DNA of 64,000 nucleotides from a bacterium UBP8_UBA817 (GTDB lineage Bacteria; Margulisbacteria; Marinamargulisbacteria; SXXA01; SICP01): NCBI GenBank assembly GCA_945888435.1, contig CAMCZW010000006.1, positions 2,509 to 66,508 of the forward strand, read 5' to 3'. Shown piece by piece: positions 56,683 to 64,000 of this stretch (position 1 is its first letter; each line of letters starts with the position of its first letter). The notes under the pieces were generated by a model. It saw only the letters and a program-made list of their open reading frames with translations, ran no database searches and was not told where the DNA came from. The position numbers and the translations under genes were made by a program.

Positions 56683-57948
56683 ATGATTATTACAAATACC
56701 CGTGGGACCCAAGATATTTTGCCAGCCGATATGATGTATTGGCACCATATCGAAACCACTGCCCGATCCATTTTTAACATTTACCATTACCAAGAAATCA
56801 GAACACCGATCTTTGAACAATCTGAGCTATTTGAGCGTGGATTAGGAAATGATACCGACATCGTCTCCAAGGAAATGTATACCTTTTTAGATAAGGGGAA
56901 TCGCAGCCTCACCCTTAGGCCAGAAGGCACTGCCTCAATTGCACGTGCGGTCATCCAACACCCTCAGCTAACCAAACACAATCAAGCCAAACTGTATTAC
57001 TGCGGACCGATGTTTAGATATGAACGGCCTCAAGCCGGACGTTTTAGACAATTTCACCAAATTGGAGTGGAGAATATCGGTAATGCCCACCCCTTTACCG
57101 ACGCTGAAGTGATATCCTTAGGGCTTCACTTATTTGATGAACTAGGGATTCCGGGCCTATCTGTTAGCATCAACTCTGTTGGCTGCCCAGTATGTCGCCC
57201 AGTCATTCAAGAAAGACTCAAGCAATTTATTGGCAACACCCTCAAACACCTCTGTGGGGATTGCAACCGACGCTTCGATCAAAATCCACTAAGAATTTTA
57301 GATTGTAAAAACGATACCTGCAGAACTTATTTTACGGGCTTACCCGATATCCACAAATCGCTTTGCCATGACTGTAAGGATCACTTTAACTCTGTCGTTG
57401 AGTATCTAGACTCACTTGGAGTACCTTTTGATATTGATCCAAAACTCGTCAGAGGCCTCGATTATTACACTAAAACCACATTCGAAATCGTCTCCGATAA
57501 ATTAGGCGCTCAAAACGCCCTATGTGGCGGTGGACGCTATGATAATCTCGTCAGAAAAATGGGTGGAAAAGATACTCCTGCAGTCGGATTTGCATTTGGT
57601 GTCGAACGCGCCGTCATGATCCTCAAAGAATTCTCAGAAATCGTCAAACGCGAAGATCCCCTTATTTTTGTAGCGCCTATTGGATTTAACCAGCAAACCC
57701 GATGCTTCCATTTAATGAATGAACTAAGACGCGCAGGCCTCAAATGCGAAATGGATTACTCCAAAGAAGATCTAAAATCTCAGCTTAAAATCGCAGATAA
57801 AATGGAAGCCAGCTACTGTCTCATTTTTGGTGAAGAAGAAGCCGAGAGAAATGAAATCATCCTAAAAGATTTTAAAAAACGAAGCCAAGATTCTCATCCA
57901 ATTGATCACATTGTTGAGATTTTGACACAAAAAATAACCCCTCAATGA
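56683..57948 (+). CDS. hisS: histidyl-tRNA synthetase
   Basis: 421 aa with motif 2 FRYERPQAGRFRQFHQ and motif 3 GGGRYD. Confidence 0.95.
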   Translation: MIITNTRGTQDILPADMMYWHHIETTARSIFNIYHYQEIRTPIFEQSELFERGLGNDTDIVSKEMYTFLDKGNRSLTLRPEGTASIARAVIQHPQLTKHNQAKLYYCGPMFRYERPQAGRFRQFHQIGVENIGNAHPFTDAEVISLGLHLFDELGIPGLSVSINSVGCPVCRPVIQERLKQFIGNTLKHLCGDCNRRFDQNPLRILDCKNDTCRTYFTGLPDIHKSLCHDCKDHFNSVVEYLDSLGVPFDIDPKLVRGLDYYTKTTFEIVSDKLGAQNALCGGGRYDNLVRKMGGKDTPAVGFAFGVERAVMILKEFSEIVKREDPLIFVAPIGFNQQTRCFHLMNELRRAGLKCEMDYSKEDLKSQLKIADKMEASYCLIFGEEEAERNEIILKDFKKRSQDSHPIDHIVEILTQKITPQ

Positions 57949-58676
57949 CGCAATTTGAAATTATACCGGCCATTGATATTTTAGATGGACAAGTAGTTCG
58001 CCTTACTCAAGGTGATTATGACCAGGTTGAAAACTACGCAACGACGCCAGAAGACTTTGCAAAAGCATTTTACCAGGCAGGGGCAAAGCGCATCCATTTA
58101 GTAGACCTGAACGGTGCTAAAGAAGGCCAACTAGTCAATTTAGAGGTTTTTAAAAAAATCAGAAAAACCGTCCCTTGCGAACTAGAGTTAGGCGGTGGAA
58201 TTAGATCCTACGACAGCGTCCAGCAACTTATAGACATCGGCATTAACTACCTGATTTTAGGCTCTCTCCTTACCAAGCAATGGGACTTAGCCTCACAATG
58301 GATCGTGAAGCACCCTCTAAGGTTTATCGCAGGTGTTGATGCCAAAGATAACACCGTCGCTATCGAAGGCTGGAAAGAAGCAAGTCAGTACCAAGTAAGT
58401 GACCTTGTGATTAAATTAAATCAGCTTCCGCTTGAAAGTATTATCTATACCGACATCTCCAAAGATGGCACCTTCAAAGGCCCCAATCTGGAGGCATTAA
58501 CCGACATCAGCACACTATCGACACTCCCCATTATTGCGTCTGGAGGAGTAGGGACAATTGACCATATTAGATCAATTGAAAAGATATCTCATTTAGGGAT
58601 TTCTGGCTGCATCGTCGGAAAAGCGTTTTTATCGGGTAAAATCAGCCTCGAAGACGCATTAGCACCACCGCATTAA
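57945..58676 (+). CDS. hisA: phosphoribosylformimino-5-aminoimidazole carboxamide ribotide isomerase
   Basis: 243 aa with IIPAIDILDGQVVRL, GGGIRS and ASGGVG. Confidence 0.9.
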   Translation: MTQFEIIPAIDILDGQVVRLTQGDYDQVENYATTPEDFAKAFYQAGAKRIHLVDLNGAKEGQLVNLEVFKKIRKTVPCELELGGGIRSYDSVQQLIDIGINYLILGSLLTKQWDLASQWIVKHPLRFIAGVDAKDNTVAIEGWKEASQYQVSDLVIKLNQLPLESIIYTDISKDGTFKGPNLEALTDISTLSTLPIIASGGVGTIDHIRSIEKISHLGISGCIVGKAFLSGKISLEDALAPPH

Positions 58677-59106
58677 GTGCCAGAAGCCCCATATCTCGGG
58701 TAATCGTCCACCAGCCTACCAACTGAGAATCTGACCCAAAACATCCACAAGTCACTTCAAGTCCTCGGCCAACTACGCTCAACATTGCCACCAAAAAAAT
58801 AGACAATAGAATTAAGGACATCCACATCATCACCAAGAGAAAAATCCGATTTTCAGGAAACTTTCGCAAATAGGGTAGTAGACACATAATCAAGCCTAGC
58901 CCCAGTAGCAATTCGAACCAAGGAAGCGTCGATGCCGCCATCACGACCCATGACGATGGCAAAAGACGATATTGCATAATCGTGTCAATTAATCCCCATA
59001 GATTCATCAGTTTTGAGATACCCGAGTAAATCCACATCACCCCAAATAAAAAAACAATACTATCCGTGGCAATCGAGAAAAGACGCTTGCGACTAAAATG
59101 AAACAT
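58642..59106 (-). CDS. MauE/DoxX-family membrane protein
   Basis: Four TM helices and C-terminal CGCFG. The start is at ATG 59106. It is paired with the upstream rhodanese gene, a pairing I recall as common for MauE/DoxX genes. Confidence 0.65.
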   Translation of the reverse strand: MFHFSRKRLFSIATDSIVFLFGVMWIYSGISKLMNLWGLIDTIMQYRLLPSSWVVMAASTLPWFELLLGLGLIMCLLPYLRKFPENRIFLLVMMWMSLILLSIFLVAMLSVVGRGLEVTCGCFGSDSQLVGWWTITRDMGLLALNAVVLMRLRG

Positions 59107-59632
59107 AATCAGATTCCAATGCACCTTGGTGTGCAGCCCAGCCTTTAATACCATCATTGAGCACATAGACGCGATCAAACCCGTCCTGCACCATTATCTC
59201 CGCTGTACGCCGGGCCATATCGCACTCTGTAGATGCACAATAGACAATAAATAAATGATGCTTGGAATAGACATCTAATTTGGACTTAACAAAGTCATAA
59301 TCTCGCCAATACAAATACAAAGCACCAGGTACGCGCGCACGCTTAAAGGACTCCAAAGGTCTCGCGTCAATAAACACCGCATCCTGAGAATCAAATGCCA
59401 TCTTGGCGTCTTCAAAAGAGACATCCCCATATCCGGACTTAAGGGCAGTAAAGCGAGTGTCAACAACCGGTTTTAATTTTTGGATATCCACAGGCGTTAA
59501 CGGAGTAGATCGCATCAACTCAACACGAGTCAAAATCCCAAGGCATAAAGCAAGGAAAACAAAAGATCCAATAACCACTAAAATTAATTTAAACGACCGA
59601 TTCATCAACACCAAGCTACCTGATATACTCAC
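59093..59632 (-). CDS. membrane-anchored rhodanese-domain protein
   Basis: 179 aa with an N-terminal TM helix. The rhodanese active-site loop is YCASTECDMARR. Confidence 0.75.
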   Translation of the reverse strand: MSISGSLVLMNRSFKLILVVIGSFVFLALCLGILTRVELMRSTPLTPVDIQKLKPVVDTRFTALKSGYGDVSFEDAKMAFDSQDAVFIDARPLESFKRARVPGALYLYWRDYDFVKSKLDVYSKHHLFIVYCASTECDMARRTAEIMVQDGFDRVYVLNDGIKGWAAHQGALESDYVSF

Positions 59633-59668
59633 ATAAATTCAAGTAAATCATCTCCATGGAGCACAATT

Positions 59669-60586
59669 ATGAAAGAAAGTAAGTATATTTGGAAAAACGG
59701 AGCTCTTCTCCCATGGAAAGATGCAACTACCCATGTCTTAACCCATGCCCTCCACTATGGAACAGGCGTATTTGAAGGCATCAGAGCATACAAAACACCT
59801 AAAGGCCCCGCTATTTTTAGAGTTGAGGATCACTACAAACGACTTCACAACTCCGCCAAGATTTATGGGATGACACTCCCTTACACCGTTAAAGAACTCA
59901 TTGATGCAACCAAAAATTTAATGGTTGAAAACGAATTAGAATCTGGCTATATCCGGCCGCTCTCCTACTATGGTTATAAAGTGATGGGCTTAAACCCAAA
60001 ACCAAATCCAATTGATACCATCATCGCTGCCTGGGAATGGGGAACCTACCTTGGAGACGATGGTGTTGAAAATGGAATCCGGTGCAAAGTAAGTTCATGG
60101 ACTCGCCTAGACTCCAGAATTTTACCTCCACTCGCCAAAGCAACTGCCAACTACGCCAACTCGGCCCTCGCCAAAATGGAAGCCATTGATTGCGGATACG
60201 ATGAAGCTATCCTCCTCAACAGCAACGGCCACATTGCCGAAGGTCCTGGTGAAAATATTTTCATCATCGCCCAAGACACGATTTACAGCCCACCAGCATC
60301 CGACTGCGCCCTCATGGGAATTACGGCCCAAAGTGCCGCTAAAATCGCCGAAGATCTTGGCTACAAAGTCGTCTATAAAAGCGTCATCCGAGATGAATTA
60401 TTTTTGGCCGACGAATTGTTTTTTACAGGAACCGCCGCCGAAATCACCCCAATCCGAGAAATCGACGGACGCCAAATCGGCAACGGCAAACGCGGGCCGA
60501 TTACCGAGAAAATCCAAACGGCGTTTTTTAAAGCGGTGAAGGGTGAATTGCCACAGTATGGTGGGTGGTTGACGTATTGTAAGTAA
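59669..60586 (+). CDS. ilvE: branched-chain amino acid aminotransferase
   Basis: 305 aa with HYGTGVFEGIRAY and class IV aminotransferase features. Confidence 0.92.
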   Translation: MKESKYIWKNGALLPWKDATTHVLTHALHYGTGVFEGIRAYKTPKGPAIFRVEDHYKRLHNSAKIYGMTLPYTVKELIDATKNLMVENELESGYIRPLSYYGYKVMGLNPKPNPIDTIIAAWEWGTYLGDDGVENGIRCKVSSWTRLDSRILPPLAKATANYANSALAKMEAIDCGYDEAILLNSNGHIAEGPGENIFIIAQDTIYSPPASDCALMGITAQSAAKIAEDLGYKVVYKSVIRDELFLADELFFTGTAAEITPIREIDGRQIGNGKRGPITEKIQTAFFKAVKGELPQYGGWLTYCK

Positions 60587-60612
60587 TTGCCCTAATTCCT
60601 AAGAGGAATAAA

Positions 60613-60724
60613 GATAACACTCACCCCTAGCCCCTCTCTGTGCCAAAGAGGGGAGCTGGGATAGATTAACGTCTTGAGCCTCCCTCTTTGGAACAGAGAG
60701 GGAGGTTGGTGGGTGAGTGTTACC
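60613..60724. repeat. MITE-like nested palindromic element, family A, copy 3
   Basis: GATAACACTCACCCCTAGCCCCTCTCTGTGCCAAAGAGGGG..CCTCCCTCTTTGGAACAGAGAGGGAGGTTGGTGGGTGAGTGTTACC. It closely matches the reverse complement of 15194-15309. Confidence 0.85.
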
Positions 60725-60764
60725 TAGACCAGAAGGGTGGCACGAAGGGACGGGGTGTTAGTGA

Positions 60765-62222
60765 CTAAGACGAACAAGACACGCAAACCTCACCAAACCC
60801 TTCAGGAGCGGGGTTCGCAAACCGCTCAAACTGAGGATCCTCGTCGTACGGCGCATGAAAAATCGTTAAAAAATCATCCAATATCGCATAATTAGCCTTA
60901 TCCTCAACTTCCCTGATCGCCACTTCGGCCACCCAATTTCTGAGGATATATTTAGGATTCACCAAATTAAGCCGAGTAGAAATCTCGTGAGAAGAGCCCC
61001 CCTTTAAAATCTCGTGATGATATCTGGATAACCACCCTAAAGCAGCGTCTGTACTTTTAAAAAGAGATACCCAACGAGTAGTATCCAGTAGGCTTTCCGA
61101 CAACAATCGAAATACCAACGGATAATCCGCCAAATCAGCTTCCATCAACTCAAGTAAGTCATAAATCAAGGATCGGACATCATCCGTCACTATTTCAAAG
61201 CCTAGTTTTTGGGCCATTTTAATTTCATAAGTCGTTAAAAAGTGAATCCAATACTCACCAAGACCTTCTCGTAAGTCAGTCTCAGAAATAAATGACGTTA
61301 GCGCCTGCGCCAAGGCCTGCAAATTCCACAATCCAATTAAAGGCTGCTGATCATAGGCATATCGCCCAGTCTCATCTGAATGATTACAAATATAGTGAGG
61401 ATCAAACCCTTCCATAAATCCAAAGGGCCCATAATCAATCGTTTCTCCGAGGATGGACATATTATCCGTGTTCATCACACCATGACAAAATCCAACCGCT
61501 TGCCACTCCGCAATTAACGCCGCGGTCCTCACCACCACTTGATGAAACCAGAAGCGATACCGATCAGGTGTATCCATCAATTCAGAAAAGAAATGCTCAA
61601 TCACATAATCTGCCAAAGCACGTCCATAATCAGACCCTGGGTAATGATAAAAAAAGTGTTCAAAATGACCAAATCGAATATGAGAGCTTGCAACTCTGGC
61701 AAGTACAGCCCCAGGCTCCCAACTTTCACGGCGGACTTGCTGGTTTGTGCCCACCACACATAAGGCCCGCGTCGTCAGTATCCCAAGCCCATGTATCGCT
61801 TCGCCACACAAATATTCTCTAATGCAGGACCGTAATACCGCGCGACCATCGCCAAATCGAGAGTAAGGCGTTTTACCCGAGCCTTTAAGCTGGATATCCC
61901 ACTGACCATGAGCCGGTGTTGTCACCTGGCCCAACAGCAATGCGCGACCATCGCCCAACTGCCCCGCCCACTGACCAAATTGATGACCGGAATACACCAT
62001 CGCCAGACTATCCGACCCGGGAAGTGAAAGCTGACCTGAGAAATACGATGCAAACTGAGGATGAGAAAGACTTTCTTTAGACAGCCCAATCACATCACAT
62101 AAAGAAGGGTTGGCATGGATTAAAGTTGGATTTTCAACAAAAGGCTCCGCTGGCATTCGCGTATAAAAAATAGAAGGGAGTTGTGAAAAGGAATTGGAAA
62201 ACGGAAGCCGAATATCACCCAT
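60765..62222 (-). CDS. selO: protein adenylyltransferase SelO (YdiU family)
   Basis: 485 aa with GDGRALLLG and HGVMNTDNMSILGETIDYGPFGF. Confidence 0.9.
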   Translation of the reverse strand: MGDIRLPFSNSFSQLPSIFYTRMPAEPFVENPTLIHANPSLCDVIGLSKESLSHPQFASYFSGQLSLPGSDSLAMVYSGHQFGQWAGQLGDGRALLLGQVTTPAHGQWDIQLKGSGKTPYSRFGDGRAVLRSCIREYLCGEAIHGLGILTTRALCVVGTNQQVRRESWEPGAVLARVASSHIRFGHFEHFFYHYPGSDYGRALADYVIEHFFSELMDTPDRYRFWFHQVVVRTAALIAEWQAVGFCHGVMNTDNMSILGETIDYGPFGFMEGFDPHYICNHSDETGRYAYDQQPLIGLWNLQALAQALTSFISETDLREGLGEYWIHFLTTYEIKMAQKLGFEIVTDDVRSLIYDLLELMEADLADYPLVFRLLSESLLDTTRWVSLFKSTDAALGWLSRYHHEILKGGSSHEISTRLNLVNPKYILRNWVAEVAIREVEDKANYAILDDFLTIFHAPYDEDPQFERFANPAPEGFGEVCVSCSS

Positions 62223-63354
62223 TAGCCATCACAAGATGGCCAGATTCTGAAATACACTGAACCAATGATCGAAGCCGAATTAAATCTTCTACTTTTTTAA
62301 CAGGCAAAAATCTGGATTTAGGCACATGAAGTAATTGAACCCGATCAAAAATCTCAATCGCAGCCCCCATCGCCATTTCAAGTTGAATAATAGGCTCATC
62401 CTCAACCACTTTAGGATTTACGATGACCGGCAACTCAAATCGATGGTCAAGTAAGCGTTGCTTAAGAGACTTCAAATCCACCCAAATGGAATTAGTATTA
62501 AATACCGAAAACCGATCGATATCTTCAAATTGAGATAACTCAGACTCTTGCACTTGCGCCCGTTCAAGTAGGCGAAATCGATCCCCATGTTTCACAATCG
62601 CCCCACCCTTCACATCCAAGGCCGTTCGCTTGGACACTTCCATCACCATATCCAGGTTTTCTCTTACCATCATTCCCAAGATGCGAGTATCAAATGTCGC
62701 CCCCAAATTATCCGAATTTGAAATAAACATATATCGAATCCCCTTAGCCAAAAGGTCATCCAAAATCCCCAGTTCATGAATCACCCAAAACACATCGCCA
62801 TGTCCTGGTGGTGCCCACTCTAAATCTGGACTATGAGGAAATTGAGCAGGAGTCATTTTTTTGGTGTGAATTCGAGGGATTTGATGCTGTAAAAACAGCT
62901 GACAGGTAGTCCCATTCAAGGCGGCCTGAGTCCCCTCATGAGTTGCAAAGCTATCCATTAAAAATAACGGAACATCCACCCCTGTAGACTTCCTCAAAAA
63001 CTCAACCTGCTGAAAGATAATATCTAAAAAAGAATTGGATCCAAACACAGGGATTAAAGACTTCGGGCCATCACAACCCATCGTCGTCCCCAACCCGCCA
63101 TTTAACTTTAAAATCGCGGCCTGCCCCACCGACTCAAGTCCTAGGATCGCATCGCTCTCAGACAACTGCAAATAATCTAAACAATCTTGAACACGAATCC
63201 CTTCCACTTCATTCAAAGAAAGCGACTCACGCTTCTCTCCAAAAAAAGAAGTAAGCAGCCGCTCATACTGCAACTCAAAAAGCGCAGAATACCCAAGAGT
63301 TTGTAATTTACAAAGAAATAAATCCATATAATGAGAATTCATAAGAAGCCCCAC
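62215..63354 (-). CDS. UTP--glucose-1-phosphate uridylyltransferase, UDPGP (eukaryote-type) family
   Basis: 379 aa. KLNGGLGTTMGCDGPKS matches the UDPGP-family signature rather than the GalU type. It overlaps the selO start by 8 nt. Confidence 0.75.
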   Translation of the reverse strand: MGLLMNSHYMDLFLCKLQTLGYSALFELQYERLLTSFFGEKRESLSLNEVEGIRVQDCLDYLQLSESDAILGLESVGQAAILKLNGGLGTTMGCDGPKSLIPVFGSNSFLDIIFQQVEFLRKSTGVDVPLFLMDSFATHEGTQAALNGTTCQLFLQHQIPRIHTKKMTPAQFPHSPDLEWAPPGHGDVFWVIHELGILDDLLAKGIRYMFISNSDNLGATFDTRILGMMVRENLDMVMEVSKRTALDVKGGAIVKHGDRFRLLERAQVQESELSQFEDIDRFSVFNTNSIWVDLKSLKQRLLDHRFELPVIVNPKVVEDEPIIQLEMAMGAAIEIFDRVQLLHVPKSRFLPVKKVEDLIRLRSLVQCISESGHLVMANG

Positions 63355-63475
63355 AATAGCAAAAACACAGCATTAAAAAAATACCATCCACTACCCTTGA
63401 TTAGAGAAGGAGTCACATAGTAGAGTGAGGGGGACGAAATTAACCACTCTTTTGTACAAAAAAAAGGAGATCAAA

Positions 63476-64000
63476 ATGACCACCCAAACACAATCTATGC
63501 TCACATCAATCGGAATTACAGAGGTACAAACTCTTCACCGAAATCTATCCTATGAAGACCTTTTTCAACATGAGACCAATCAAAATTTGACTGGCTATGA
63601 AAAAGGAACTGTAACTGCATTAGGCGCAGTCAACATTGATACAGGCAAATTTACTGGAAGATCTCCTAAAGACAAATATGTTGTCAGAAATAATGACTCA
63701 GAAGAAACCGTATGGTGGGCAGAAAAAGGCTCCGACAACAAACCCATTAACCAAGAAACTTGGAATCACTTAAAATCTCTTTCTCTCACTCAATTAAACA
63801 ATAAAACATTGTATGTCATGGACGGATTTTGTGGTGCAAACACTGAAAGCAGATTAGCCGTCAGACTCATTACCGAAGTCGCATGGCAAGCTCACTTTTT
63901 CAAAAATATGTTTATCAGACCTACTCAAGAAGAATTGGCCAATTTCAAACCAGATTGGACAATTTTGAATGCATGCAAAACAAGCTGCAAAGACTTTGAT
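63476..64000 (+). CDS. pckA: phosphoenolpyruvate carboxykinase (ATP), N-terminal 175 codons; continues beyond the window
   Basis: Hand translation from the ATG at 63476 (AAGGAGA upstream) gives ..[45 protein letters not shown]... The frame is open to 64000. Confidence 0.88.
   Translation, partial: MTTQTQSMLTSIGITEVQTLHRNLSYEDLFQHETNQNLTGYEKGTVTALGAVNIDTGKFTGRSPKDKYVVRNNDSEETVWWAEKGSDNKPINQETWNHLKSLSLTQLNNKTLYVMDGFCGANTESRLAVRLITEVAWQAHFFKNMFIRPTQEELANFKPDWTILNACKTSCKDFD

Noticed and set aside
60738-60743. TGGCAC hexamer (sigma-54 -24 element) after family A repeat copy 3.
   Set aside because: There is no TTGC element at the right distance. It points into the 3' end of the convergent selO gene, so there is nothing for it to drive.
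1-64000. A search by eye for CRISPR arrays, rRNA, tmRNA/RNase P/SRP RNA, riboswitches, transposases and integrases.
   Set aside because: I saw no regularly spaced direct repeats, no rRNA-like conserved stretches, no recombinase-like ORFs, and no intergenic region long or structured enough to match a riboswitch I know. Small ncRNAs cannot be excluded without covariance-model scans.

Overview
Coding-dense bacterial chromosomal window of about 60 genes. I cannot place it taxonomically from sequence alone. An LpxB-like glycosyltransferase, sigma-54, a lipobox lipoprotein, an SLT transglycosylase and BamE-like repeats argue for a diderm. Most genes are core. They cover arginine biosynthesis (argC-argJ-argB, a gap, then argF-argG-argH-ndk), ilvB-ilvH, ilvE, aroC, dapA, proC, trpB-trpA, hisA, hemE, serC-pyk, pckA and ispD. 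Translation and RNA genes are rpsP-KH-ylqD-trmD-rplS (no rimM), rpsA, proS, hisS, tsaD, cmoB and tRNA-His. Non-core content falls into five groups. (1) A same-strand block at 39.5-49.6 kb behind rpoN holds three secreted phage-tail-collar paralogues, two full-length vitamin-K-carboxylase-like (HTTM) membrane proteins and two paralogous giant anchored proteins; the giant proteins share a near-identical N-terminal leader ending in RSRR, and this block is my best candidate for an undescribed secreted-protein maturation system. (2) A complete eukaryote-type USP (C19) deubiquitinase-like gene lies at 346-1398. (3) There are two families of palindromic repeats, and one is inserted in frame in the essential gene tsaD. 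(4) A decayed region with pseudogenes lies next to tRNA-His. (5) Several orphan genes have eukaryote-like sequence features. I saw no CRISPR, rRNA, transposase, integrase or phage structural module. All functional calls rest on motif recognition by eye and on reference sequences recalled from memory; no database search or computation was possible.
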